In this document: positions 24,478-37,537 of the stretch, piece by piece
Position numbering within the stretch: the stretch's first letter is position 1
How the letters are laid out: every line of letters starts with the position of its first letter
Assembly: GCF_006345805.1 (NCBI RefSeq)
Contig: NC_042999.1
Span: 12,896,001-12,960,000, forward strand
Source: Octopus sinensis
Taxonomy: Eukaryota
Direction: 5' to 3'
Length of the DNA: 64,000 nucleotides
Made by a program: the position numbers and the translations under genes
The notes under the pieces: generated by a model
The model's database searches: none
What the model saw: only the letters and a program-made list of their open reading frames with translations
Told to the model about the DNA's origin: nothing

Positions 24478-26289
24478 TAGGATGATTATGGTTTGGTTTT
24501 GTGCCAGGGGAGAAGCACCACTGATGTTATATTTCTGGTAAGGCAGCTGCAAGAGAAATACATAGCCAAAGATAAACCTCTGCACTTGGCTTTTGTTGAA
24601 ATGGAGAAAGCTTTTGACAGGGTCCCCTGGTCTCTTATCTGATGGTCAATGTGGAAACTAGGGATAGATGAGTGGTTGGTGAGAGCTGTACAAATCATGT
24701 ACAGGGATGTTACCAGTAAGGTGAGGGTTGGCAATGAGTATAGCAAAGAATTTAGGGTACAAGTAGGGGTTAACCAAGGATCAGTCCTCAGCCCTATCTT
24801 GTTCATCATAGTCCTCCAGGCGATAACAGAGGAATTTAAGACAGGCTGACCCTGAGAGCTTTTCTATGCTGATGATCTTGCTCATATAGCTGAATAACTA
24901 CCAGAACTAGAGAAGTTCCAGGTACGGAAGCAAGGTCTAGAATTGAAGAGTTAATCTAACAAAAATCAAAGTCTTAGTAAGTAGAAAGACAGACAAATCA
25001 CAAATCCCTTCAGGTAGATGGCCTTGCTCAATCTGTAGAAAAGGCATAGGCAGAAACTCCATAAGATGCACCCGGTGTAAGCTTTGGACACATAAAAGGT
25101 GCAAGAATATCAGAGGAAGATTAACAGAGAAAATAGCTTCTGTATGTGGAAGATGTACAGGTACAATAAACACTGAAAATGTACAGAAAAATAAGCTCCA
25201 TCAACTGCCAGGGGTGGGGTAAACCAGAGGAAGTAGATAGATTCCATTATCTAAGTGACGATGTTAGTAGCGGAGGTGGATGCTCTGAGAAGTGTAGCTG
25301 TGAGAATAAGATTAGGCTAGGCAAAGTTCAGAGAGCTCCTACCTCTGCTGACAACAAAGGGCCACTCTCTCAGAGTCAAAGGCAGATTATATGATGCCTG
25401 AGTGTGAATAGCTATGCTACATGGCAGTGAAACATGGGCTGTGACAGCCGAGAATATGTGTAGGCTTGAAAGAAATGTAGCTAGTATGCTTCATTGGATG
25501 TGTAATGTCAACATTCATGTTCAACAGAGTGTAAGCATTTTGAGAGAAAAGTTAAGCATAAGAGGCATCAGATGTGGTGTGCAAGAGAGACAATTGAACT
25601 GCTTTGATCATGTGGCATGTAATGAATGAGGGAAGCTGCATAAAGAAGTGCAGATCTCTAACTGTGTAGGGAACCTGTGGTAGAGGAAGACATGGGATAA
25701 GGTGGTGAAGCATGATCTTCGAACACTGGGCCTTACAGAGGCAATGACTAGTGATTGAGACCTTTGGCGATATGCTGTGCTTGAGAAAACCTGTCAAATG
25801 AAGTGAAATCATAGTCATGGTTGATGCTGGTGTCACATAACTGGCACCCATGTCGCTGGCACGTAAAAAGCACCTTTCAAATGTTGGGCCTCACAGAGGC
25901 AAAGTGGCTGAACTTCTTTTGAATGTTGGGCCATACAGAGACAATGACCAAGACCATTGGCATTGAGTGTCACAGAGGCAAAGTAGCTAAGTTCCTTTCA
26001 AGTGTTGGGTCTCACAGAGGCAATGACCAAGACCTTTGGTATTATGTTGTGCTTGAGAAGAAGACCCATCATGCTGAGCACAATCACAGTTGTGGCAGAT
26101 ACCAGTCTCATGCATGTAAAAGAACCGATTACACTCTCAGAGTGGTTGGCATTAGGAAGGGCATCCAGCTATAGAAACTATGCCAAATCAGATTGGAGTC
26201 TGGTGCAGCCTTCCAGCTTGCCAGCCCTGGTCAAACTGTCCAACCCATGCCAGCATGGACAATGGATGTTAAATGATGATGATGATGAT
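24478..26289 (+). mobile_element. 5'-truncated, frameshifted RTE LINE with reiterated 3' end
   Basis: STTDVIFLVRQLQEKY, MEKAFDRVP, GVNQGSVLSP, YADD and HGSETW remnants; (GAT)n tail. Confidence 0.9.
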
Positions 26290-29200
26290 AATTATATGTA
26301 ATTTACCTGAATTGAATTCCATGTCTTGCAACTGAAGTTTCAAGCCAACAGTCATTTATGGAATGAAACTCGAGTCATGAGAAAATAAATTCCATTTGAA
26401 TAAACCCGACAGTCAACCTTATGTAATGTTCTCTTCATCATTTGTCAACAAACTAATTTTTTAACACTTTTATAAATAAGACTTGAAAACTAATATTTAA
26501 ATAATGATTAGGAACAAACTTAGAAAATTTCTAATTTATCAAAATCCTTTCAAAGCAAGTTACCTAAATATTTTTGTCTAAGCCTAAACAGGTATGAAGA
26601 CAACTGTATATATTACTTCCACTATATATTCATAAAAGCTGAAATGCCATAAATATTGGAATAGAAGTTGTGCTTATATCTGTTTTAAATGCCTTGTAGT
26701 ATGCTCTCCAAGCTGGGAAAATAGTACGCAAAGGAATTTTTGATTATACACATACATAAGTATTTTGGAAATTACAAAAATTAAAACAACAGGTGTTTAC
26801 TGTACCTAAATATTACCTTGCAGTCATGCTCTCAGCTATTCTAGTCAGATCAGGTAATAATAATACAGGTAACAACACATTACATTCTCTGATATTTGAT
26901 TTGATAATTTTGGACTAGAACAAGCAAACAGGAAGGAAGGAGTTGAAAATGAGTGATTGAAAACATCACAGTTAACCATCTTCATCATTCTTCCTTTAAT
27001 TGTATGGTACAAATTCCTTGTTTTAAAATGCTTGAAATTAAAACCGCCCATCAACATTTCAGGTTAATATATATATTCTAAACACCAGGTTTATGACAAA
27101 GTCATTTTACTAAATTCTTTATTATTTTCAGAATTAATTGAAACACAGATAATGTATTTCAACACCAACTAATCCTTGTGAGTGGAACTGAAAGACAGAA
27201 GCTGTAATGGAAGCTTGTCATACGTGTGTGCATGTGTGTGTGCACACATATGCATATATATCATCATTTAATGATGATGTATACGCACGCATGCACACAC
27301 ATATGCTACAAATGGCCCTGGATGCAAAATGACAACAGTCCATGACCAATAAGCATTTCTATGAAGCCTTTCAAAAGTGATTGGCAAGACCACAGAATAA
27401 TGTCTCAGCATATCAAATGATTGCATGTGACACCAGGAAGAAGCATCAAAACTCGTGCCCTGGGCCCCTCACACTTCCAGCAAGTGTGGGAGACTTTGAT
27501 ATTCATTGACAACCTGACACAAGATTGGATTTTAACCATGAACTGAAGGTGACAAGGATGGATCGAGATGCTTAGTGGAGGGGTTTTGTTTTAGAGGAAC
27601 AGATGAAAGCCCAGCCAAAGTGTTTAGGTGCAGGCGTGGCTGTGCAATTAAGAAGGTTGTTTCTAAACCATATTGTCTTGAGTTCAGTCCTATTGTGTGA
27701 CAACTTTGGCAAGTCTGCCATACCACTGGGCTGACCAAAGCTCTGTGAGTGGATTTGGTAGAAGAAACTAAAAGAAGCCCATCAGATATCTATGTACAGA
27801 TGTCTGGGCATGTGTGTGAGGGTGGTTGTATCCTTGTCTTTACATCATGTGATGATTGTGTATGAGCATCATCATGTTGTTTGTTTCCAGTCATGTAAAA
27901 CATGTGAGAGTCGGTGACAAGAAGGGCATCCAGCCATCGAAAATCTGCTTCAAACAAATTCCATCTGATCCATGCAAGTTCAGAAAAGGGGATGTTTAAA
28001 TGATGATGATATGTTTACATTCTGCATCTTCACGTGAAATTGTTTGAGTGAAACGATAATGTTTACAGGCCCTACTAACAAACTGCCTCACACCTCCAGG
28101 CTTTTGAAAAGAAATAAAATAAAAATATTCCCTTATTTGAAGAACAGTTAAGGGTTTGTGGCAGGGAGGGCATCTAGCTGTAAAATAAATTATTTCCTTG
28201 AAGCTATCAAATGATAAAATTAGAACCCTAAAGGAGAAAAAAAATTATGGATTATATCAAAACAAATTTCCCAAGTAAAGATTTTAAATTGATGCCAATT
28301 GGTGCCAAAGGTGTAAAAGGTGTAAAAAAATGTTCTTATTCCTCTAAAACACAATCGTACCCAAGAGAAAAATTAGTCAAGAAAGAAGTTTCATTATGAC
28401 ATTAATACATCAAGTTTAATGTTCCAAATGAAATAACTTGAGCTCAGTGAAATACATCCTGAAATATTTAACCATAAATGGTGATTATTGAATATAGATG
28501 GCATCATTATCATCATCAACCCTTCAACATTACTGTCTCAAATCCTAGAACTCATAGAGCTGGTTACCCAATTTTCATGATATATAAGTGACTGAGATCA
28601 TAATATACCCTTTGAATGGGATTCCAATTTGTCACAAGGTTTACAGCTCAGTGGACTGGGGCAATGAAACTATGATCTAGTGATTTTGAGGGCAACACCC
28701 TAACCACTAGGCTGCACACCTCTCACCAGTAAATATATTTTTATATTATGTAATATAGCAATAACAAAAATAGGAACCATTATTTACAGTTGCACTCATA
28801 TGTGCACTTGTAGTCAATGAAGCAGATCTTGATTGGAGATCATAATTAACAAATTAATTTTCAAAGAGGGAAAAGAAAGACAGTTTTATTACAAGTCAGG
28901 CAAAAAGTTTGCACAAGACCAAGACATGCAAGAAATTTCTATTTTTATAGACACTAAAGAGCATTGTTTTGGAATTAGACAAGTCACAGAAGTTGAATGG
29001 TGGAAAACTGGAAGTGAAGGACATCTAGCTAAAAGAAAACTACCATAAAAGAGGAGAGGTTTGGTACAATGTTCAGGTTATCAGGTTTGAAGGGGAGGGG
29101 GTGAATCAACTGTGGCAGTGACTGTGATGGAGATCAATAATTGACTGGATAGAAAGTTGAACAATCAATACAAGTGTCTGGCTTTGTTTTGATTTCCTTT

Positions 29201-29390
29201 TATTTGGTTTTTTTAGACTGCTCAAGAAACAGGAGAGAAAAATCTGAGAATAAATGTGCATTGTCAACTTTGCAATGTTTTACCGTTGTTAAGTCTGAGA
29301 GGTAAAGAGAGTAGAGGAGAACTTCTACTGTTAGAAATAAGATGGTTGGGCAATAAGAACTTCATTAACTGATAACTGACTGACTTTCAA

Positions 29391-29590
29391 GGCAGTGGGC
29401 TGGCAGAAACAGAAGCACATCGGGCAAAATACTTAGCGGTATTTTATCTGTCTTTATGTTCTGAGTTCAAATTCCGCTGAGGCCAACTTTGCCTTTCATG
29501 CTTTCGGGGTAAATAAATTAAGTACCAGTTGCATTCTGGGGTCGATCTAATCAAGTGGCCTCTGCCCCCAAAATTTCAGGCCTTGTACCT
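29391..29590 (+). mobile_element. SINE-like repeat (family of 620-833)
   Basis: ggcagtgggctggcagaa...gttctgagttcaaattccgctgagg...aagtaccagttg. Confidence 0.7.
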
Positions 29591-31264
29591 TTACAGTGAT
29601 GGCTGTGAGGGGTTCAGATTCAGATACACTGTCCGACACTGTGGCCAAGTGAATTTAGGAGTAAGTGACTGTCCCCTTGCCTTGGTATTGCATGGTGGTT
29701 GTAAATGAATGTCACTGTTGAACAAACAGTTGTCATTAATTTGTAATATTCTGCAAAACTATGTCTGGCCATGTGGAACTATTTCTTGCTAGGAAACAGG
29801 TAAGGGTTGACAACTGCAGAAAATTTACCTCAATAAACTATCTGATGCATGCAAGAATCGAAAAATGGATGTCAGAAATGATGAGAATTCAATCATGCAG
29901 AGAAGAACAGCGACAATGTTCTTGAAAATTAATCATCATCATCACTTAATGTCCATCTTCCATGACGGCATGAGTGGATGGTTTGACAGGAGCAAAGCAA
30001 GCCAGAGTGCTGCACCAGGCTCCAAATGTCCAAATTTTGGCATGGTTTCTATGGCTGAATGCCCTTCCTACTGCCAATCACAGAGGGTGCTGGGTGCTTT
30101 TTAAGTGGCTCCAACACCAGTGTGGTTGCCAAGTAACCTGCAAGACGAAAACCTCTCATATGGGGGAGGGAGTGGAACTGAGGGTGTGGCTTTGTGTCAG
30201 TTGAGAGGTTAAAATACAATAGAGGAATAGAGATAGTATAGAGGAGGAAAAGTAGGAAAGGAGAAGGAAAAGAGAGAGAGTTAGAAAAAGAGAAAGTGAG
30301 ATAGAGAAACAGATGGTGGAACAGTGGTGGGGAATATGTGGTATGGAGGGGACAAAAGGGGATGTTCCATAGGAGTATGAGACGTGTGTATGAACCTTTT
30401 TTGTGCGCGCGCGTGTGCGAGCATGTATGGGTGAGCATATGTGTGCTTCAAATGAGGGTGGATAAGTATATACATATAGGTACATGTACATGGGTGTGCA
30501 GGCGCGCATGTGTATGTATGGACATGTGCACTTATGCGATTACTATTAACATTTTTACTCCCTCCCCTCACTTAGTGGTCATTCTCATAGCTCTTTTGTC
30601 TTAATAACGGTCAATCACACAGAAATTTCCCTTTGTTTTAACGGTCATTTTCATAGCATTTTCTTTGAAGACTCGATAACTGAAGAGATGCCGGCGTGGG
30701 TTTCTGCCCTAACATCTGAAACTCGGAGTTTCATCATGGCTACCAAATGATTGTCACAGATGATATTTACAGATAAATTCCTCTATTTACATAATATTGA
30801 GGTCTCTTTTTTTTGTTGTCTTGCCATTTCTATCAATATATATATAGTAGAATAATAAAGAGAAAGTTCTTGATATATATATTTGAAAGAATGAGTAGAG
30901 ATGGCTTTTTTGAGGGGATAATTCTTATTTTAATCTTAATAATAGTGTTTACAGTGAGTTACTCTGATATGAGTTTCAAGCTTTCAAGTAGCCGTTTCCA
31001 AACTGAAGACTGTATATTTCACTGGCTGCTTAAATGGCAAAAGATTTTTTTATTACAGGTATACATACTAAAAAAATATACACAGAAAAGAGAAAATAAA
31101 ATAAAAATTTTTTAAAAAATAAATAAAATAAAAAAGACGAAGAAGAAGCTGAAGCACCACAACAACAAAATCAAGGAAGGAAGAAGGGAAAAAAGTAAAT
31201 GAAATCAAGACAAAATATAAATATATCAAAATAATAAAATAAACAGAAAATAAGATTAATAGTA

Positions 31265-33652
31265 CAGTGATCCCTCGTTTATCGCGATAGATTGGTTCCA
31301 AGACCGGCCGCGATAACTGAATTTCCACAAAGTAGGGACACCATATTTACAGTATTTATTTAACGCGTATTCGGACTTTTTAAACCCTCCTTGTACTGTT
31401 AACAACCCATCCATTACAGTAGTCTATTAATAACAAGGACAACTGTTAAGCAATAACACTTTAGATTTTAAAAAAATAAAGACTGTTACTGTACTCAACA
31501 CGAAAGAAGTTGAAGTAAAATTTGAATGATGATGAATTTGTTGTGCAGTAGAAATGATGATGATGAAGCTGACGGCGGTGTCCTTTCCTGGGACACGTCT
31601 TCCAAAGGTGCAACCATAGTAGTAGTAGTAGCAGGAACTGGCTCTTTTTTGCGAGGCTGCAAAAACATTGTGATAGGAAGTTGCTGCTGCTGCTTCTTTT
31701 TCCATTCAAAGATATCTTGTAGGGATTCATTACTTCGTCGACCTTGCTGCAAAATTGCACAAAACGAACCATATCGTTGTCCCATTCCTGCGACCCCTCT
31801 TTCAATTCTTTAGCCAGGTTGCAGAGCTTGGCCAGCCGTTCCAAAGTCAAGACAGTTTGGTCAACAACTTCTTCCATTTCTTGTTGCGTTTCTTCTTCTC
31901 TGGCCAACTTCGTCAAGTCTTCGAGGTCTGCGTCAGTTAGCAGCTGAGAGTGGCAGTCTAATAACGTGTCGATGTCTCCTGTGGTCATGTCTGCAAAGCC
32001 ACACCTCCAATTATCGCAGCCAATTGCAAAGCTTTCTGTACTGCAGAGTGTTGGATTTCGGAACGTGTAAATCCCTTGTCGTCGTAATTAATGTCGGGCC
32101 ACAAATTTTTCCAGCTCGCGTTAATGGTGGCAGGCTTCATTTCTTGCAATGCCTTATGGATATTTTGGAGGCACGTAGCAATTGTGTACTGCCACCAGTA
32201 TGCCTTCAAGATAAAATTTTCATCTTCATCTTCTTGGGTGGCATCCACAGAAGCAACCAGTTTCACCAGAAGATTCCTCGTGTATAGGGCCTTAAACGCC
32301 CTGATAACCCCCTGGTCCATTGGTTGAATAAGTGACATAGTGTTGGGCGGCAGGAACTCAATCTGAATGCCCTCATGGAACAGATCAGTAGCGTGGCCAC
32401 CAGCGTTATCCATAAGGAGAAGAATTTCGAATGGCAAGCCCTTCTCTAATAGATACACCTTAACTTGCAGGATAAAACACTGGTGGAACCAGTCGAAGGT
32501 CAGCATCTTCATTATCCGCGCCTTTGGATTGTGCATCCAATGTACGGGTAGTAGATTCTTGTTTTTGGTTTTTAAAGCCCTTGGGTTTTTAGACTTGTAA
32601 ATAAGTCCTGGCTTTAACAAAAATCCCACAGCATTGCTACACATCACGAGGGTCACACAATCCTTGTATACTTTAAAGCCAGAGGCTTTTGCTTCCTTGT
32701 TGAACAGGAAAGTTTGCGACAGCATTCTTTTCCAAAACAAGCCAGTCTCGTCCATATAAAAAAACTTGTTCGGGCTTATATCCATCTTCAGAGATAATCT
32801 TCTTGAAAGTTTCATTCGCGTATGTTTCAGCAGCACTTGTGTCAGCAGAAGCAGCCTCACCATGCAGGGAAACACTTTTTAGGCCGAAGCGTTTCTGAAA
32901 CTTAACAAACCACCCTTTGCTAGCAGAAGAAGGACGTTTTTTAGGTTGTAAATCACTGGACGTCCCCAGTTGTGGATCTTCTACGTCGTCTTACTCTTCT
33001 TCGTGGTTGTCACTGTCATCCTCAGGTTCCTTAGTGGCGAAAGTCTCGTACAGGCTCCTAGCCTTTGTTTGGATGATGTTCGTATCCAAGGCGATGGTCT
33101 TCTTTCGGCAGTCAGCTATCCATATGGCCGAAGCAGCTTCCATACAGATGATAGTTTTATTATGAGCCGTAACCACTCTCTTTGCCGATTTATTAAAGGT
33201 GATGGCAGCCGTCTTCCTAATGTTAGCCTCATCCTTCTTGATGTAGCAAACGGTGGATTCGTTCACACTAAAATGGTGGGCTATGGCAGCAAAAGTTCCC
33301 CTTTCCTTCAACATATCCAGAAGTTTCACCTTCTCAGCGATCATGATCATTCTTCGTTTGTGTTTAGGCTCAGTACCAGCCTTGGAAGAAGCAGCACGCT
33401 TGGGAGCCATTGCAGGGGATGAAAACACAAAGTTCAATGCAAATGAAAACACAAAGAAACAAAAAAACAAATCACACACAGCACAGCGTAAAGTAGTACA
33501 GAAAACCACGCGATAGAAATAATATCATAATATTTATTATTAATATTAATGGATTTAATGAAAAATCTTAGGTGTTCATATATATATATTTTTAAAATCT
33601 GCAAAGTCGTGAATCTGTGATAGTTAAACCACGAAGTAGCAAGGGAACACTG
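31265..33652 (-). mobile_element. Complete Tigger/pogo-family DNA transposon (~2.39 kb), TA target duplication
   Basis: TA|CAGTGATCCCTCG...CAAGGGAACACTG|TA termini, with an internal CENP-B-type transposase. Confidence 0.92.
31495..33410 (-). pseudogene. Tigger/pogo transposase pseudogene (HTH_psq/CENP-B DNA-binding region plus DDE_1, DD30D spacing)
   Basis: MAPKR...EKVKLLDML...NESTV..IKKDE; MDETGLFWKRM; LMDNAGGH; IQPMDQGVIRAFKALY. Split over several ORFs by frameshifts and stops. Confidence 0.9.
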
Positions 33653-34280
33653 TAACTGAGAACAGTGAGGGGAAGAAACGAAATAGAAAATTTAGGAATG
33701 GTCGCTATTCTTGTGTTAAGAATAGTGACCATTCCTAAATTTTCCATTTGATAGACTTAAATCTCCCCCCCTACTGTTCTCAATTATTATTAATCTTTTT
33801 TGATATATTTATATTTTCTCTTAATTTCATTTTATTTTTTCTCTTCTTCTCCTCCCCCTTAATTGATGTGGTGCTGCTTCTTTTTCACACATGCTTTTGT
33901 ATTCTTTTTATATAGATATTTATAAAAAAAATTGTTTTAATATTCTTTTCTCTTTTCTGTGTATATATATATATATTTTTTTGTATGTATATTTGTAAGA
34001 AAAAAATCTTTTGCTATTTAAGCAACCAGTAAAACATACATTCTTCAGTTTGGAAACAGCTACTTGAAAGCTTGAAATTCATGTCTGAGTAACTCACTGT
34101 AAACACTATTGAGATTAAAATAAGAATTATCCCCTCAAAAAAACAAACAAACCCATCTCTACTCATTCTTTCAAATAAATAAATGAATAAATATATATAT
34201 ATATACACACACTCACACACATATGTAAACAGAAAGAAAGCAAAAACTGAAGATTTTCAGATGATAAATATTTAAGTATA

Positions 34281-34605
34281 ATCATCATCATCGTTTAACG
34301 TCTGTTTTCCATGCTAGCATGGGTTGGACGGTTCGACCGGGGTCTGGGGAGCCAAAAGGCTGCACCAGGCTCCAGTCTGATCTGGCAGTGTTTCTACAGC
34401 TGGATGCCCTTCCTCACGCCAACCACTCCATGAGTGAAGTGGGTGCTTTTCATGTGCCACCGGCACAGGGGCCTGAGGAAGCTGGCAATGCCCATGATCG
34501 GTTGGTGCTTTTTATGTGCCACCGGCACGGAAGCCCGTCAAGTCAGCACTGGCATCGACCACATTCAGATGGTGCTTTATATGTGCCACTGGCATGGGTA
34601 TCACA
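34281..34605 (-). mobile_element. RTE 3'-tail copy
   Basis: catcatcatcgtttaacgtc...ggtgcttttcatgtgccacc modules. Confidence 0.85.
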
Positions 34606-34722
34606 TATAAATATCTAGATATTTATTTATTAATGGATCAAACTTACACTGAGTACAAACGACAGAGAAAATTAAAGTGGCGGAGGTAAGGTGTTACAAG
34701 TCTAACAGCTGTTTCTGAGGGC

Positions 34723-35110
34723 TCATCATCATCATCATCATTGTTCGACCGTGGTCGAGACAATGGAATTTACTATGTTACGCCAGACTTCACGGTCCAT
34801 CATAGCATTACGGAGGTCCTGTTGCTGGATGCCTGTATCCCTGGAGATTACATCAGGGTAGGAGAGTGTGCGCCCTCTGGTATTGCGAGTAGGTGGCTTC
34901 CAGAGGAGAAGAGTAGAAATTACTTCTTTTTCATCTCTACAACAATGTCCAGCAAACTGGACTCTCCTACCTTTCACAAGAGACGACACAGGTGGTAGTT
35001 TCCCAGATATTTGCATTTTGGTTGGATGGCGCCTCCACGAGAGATTTTGAGCTCTTATAAGGAGGCGAGTGTAGGTTCCATCCAACCGCCTCTCAAGCTT
35101 CTTTGATAAC
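34723..35110 (-). mobile_element. 5'-truncated RTE-superfamily LINE of a different family, (TGA)n tail
   Basis: RRLDGTYTRLL...RRVQFAGHC...MMDREVWRNIV* followed by tgatgatga; inserted in the left arm of the second fold-back. Confidence 0.8.
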
Positions 35111-36410
35111 GTTCAGTGATCCATCATAATGTTGGTAGATGTAGTTTACCAAAATATGCAGCTAGTAATGGAAGCAAATAAACATTGGATAAATCGAGCG
35201 TCTGTTATCAAGGTAGAAAAAGATCTTACATTTCAGATCTTAATGTTGAGAAGTTTAAAGGTGGAATGTTAGAATGTGGAGAGCAAGCAGTATCGGAGTG
35301 TGGGGAGTGTTGAGGCAGGGAAGGGTGAAACGAAATAAAAGGGTTAGTTCAAGAAGATGGATGGCAGGGTTAACTATCAGGGTATTGGGAAAGGTAGTAA
35401 TAGAGGTGGAGAGTTTTGGGAGATGAGTGGGAAATGCGACTGAGTTGGACTTTAGGTGGCACTGGCAACTTAGCCCTTCCACTAATATATCATCCTTTCT
35501 ACTAAATTATTCCTTCTTATGGTTACCTTTGCACATTCCTCTTCAACCAAAACCACTAACAACTACCTGACTGCCTTAGCTACCACCCTATCCACCCCGC
35601 CATCCCTCTCCCCCCCTAATTACTCACATACATTTCTACATACCTCAGTACCCACCGCCTGATGCTAACCAACCTTCATTATTTGATTCCTCTAACCTTA
35701 ACCATCAAGCACTTATTGCTGCCTTCACCACCAACTTACCACCCACCTTTATCTTCTCTCATACTTTTCTACATACCTTAGTAATCCTCCACCAACCTAA
35801 CATCTTTCTTCAAATTTCTCCTTAGTCATCCTATAAGCATCTATGAATTGGACCCTTTCTCTCCCTCTAATAATTGCTCTCCCCTTTCTTACTGCCTCAA
35901 CTTCCCATAGTTCTATAGCTCTGATCCCTAAATTTTGACATCTATTCACAAACCTAACAACTGACCACCCTTCAATTACTACCCATCACACTTCTCCCAA
36001 CCATCTTCCAACTCTCCACCTCTACTACTACCTCTCTCAATACCCCCTTCATCTTCCTGAACTGACTCTCTTACTTCCTTTCACCCTTGACTGCCTCAAT
36101 ACTCCCCATACCCCCCCCCCCAGAGCCCCCTACTTCATCTTTCCAATATTTCTTGCTCTCCACATTCAAACATTCCACCTTTAAACTTCTTTGCACCATG
36201 ATATGAAATGTAAGATACATCTTTTTTTTTTCAACTCTGATGACAGAAACTCAATTTATCCAATATTTATTTGCTTCCATTACTGGCTGCATATTTTTGT
36301 GAACTACATCTGCCAACATTATAAAGGATCTCTGAACCCCCAGAAAAAACTCCCCTTTAATTTTTTCAGCTGTTTGTACAGTGTGTAAATTTCATCTAGT
36401 GATATATATG

Positions 36411-37378
36411 ATCATCATCATCATCTTCATCGTTTAACGTCCATTTTCCATGCTGGCATGGGTTGGACAGTTTGACTGGGGTCTGGGAAGCCAGGAGGCT
36501 GCACCATGCTCCAGTCTGATCTGGCACTGTTTCTACAGATGAATGCCCTTTCTAACACCAACCACTTCAAGAGTGTAGTGGGTGATTTTTACGTGCCACC
36601 GGCATAGGGGCCAGAGGGGGCTGGCAATGACCACGATCGGTTGGTGCTTTTTACATGCCACCGGCACGGAAGCCAGTCAAGGTGGCACTGGCATCAGCCA
36701 TGTTCGGATGGTACTATGTATGTGCCACTGGCATGGGGATCACAACTACAATTTCCATTTGATTTTGATGTACTTGACTCAGTAGGTCTCCTCAAGCAAG
36801 GCATGACACCCTACGATCCAAGGTACTTTTGAGTGGATTGGTTATGCGACACTGGTGTAGGTTACATCTGTGGACTCACTTTATTTGCTGCATCTTTTCA
36901 GTCACAGTATATCTCCAGAGTTCTCGGTCTTTCGTCATTGCCTCTGTGAGGCCCAGCATTCACCACCACATCCCATGTCTTTGTAGATCTCGCTCTACCC
37001 TGGATTTCTTCCACTGTTTGGGAGTGGCACTTCTTCACACAGCTGTCCTCATCCATCCATAGTACATGATCATACCAATGCAAACGTCTCTCTTGCATGC
37101 CACATCCTATGCTTCTTATATCCAACATTTCTCTCGGGGCGCTTACACCCTGTCATGTGTGTACACTGACATTACACATCCAGTGGATCACACTAGCTTC
37201 ATTTCTTTCGAGCCTAAGCATGTCTTCAGCAGTCACTGCTGTGAAGCATGGCAGTTCGCACACATCCATTGTACAATCTACCTTTCACTCTGAGTGAGAG
37301 GCCCTTTGTCACCAGTAGGGGTAGAAGCTTTCTGAACTTTGCCCAGGTTATTCTTATTCTAGTGGTAACACTCTCTGA
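36411..37378 (-). mobile_element. 5'-truncated RTE LINE (RT C-terminus plus 3' UTR)
   Basis: MLDIRSIGCGMQERRLHWYDHVLWMDEDSCVKKC; (GAT)n tail at 36411. Confidence 0.85.
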
Positions 37379-37400
37379 TATCTATATACTTATACTTAAA

Positions 37401-37537
37401 CATTAGTGTAGTGAGAGTGTGTGCCACCCAGGGCAGCCCTTCTGGATCCCACTAAAACACACATATTGCTTACAGTAATAGCCTCCAACATGATGAAAAG
37501 TGCCACCCAAAGCAGACTTCCACTAGCTATGCTACTG
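37401..37537. mobile_element. Small insertion with 8-bp TSD TACTTAAA (hAT-like MITE remnant)
   Basis: TACTTAAA at 37393-37400 and 37538-37545; imperfect terminal inverted repeats (TIRs): CATTAGTGTAG versus reverse-complement end CAGTAGCATAG. Confidence 0.5.

Larger units (their letters stand above)
30881..34177. repeat. Long fold-back (inverted repeat) element, arms ~450 bp, interrupted by the Tigger element
   Basis: 30881 atttgaaagaatgagtagagatgg...gaggggataattcttattttaatc... pairs with the reverse complement ending at 34177. Central hairpin 33686-33744. Confidence 0.9.

Noticed and set aside
26815-26915. Minus-strand 98-nt exon-like segment (SKIIKSNIREC...SMTAR)
   Set aside because: Open only in phase 0 while the host intron is phase 1; length not a multiple of 3; expected by chance.
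30813-31115. Two similar ORFs (30813-31115 + and 34014-34220 -) suggesting a duplicated small protein gene
   Set aside because: They are the two arms of the fold-back; they differ by indels and have AT-rich, non-coding composition.
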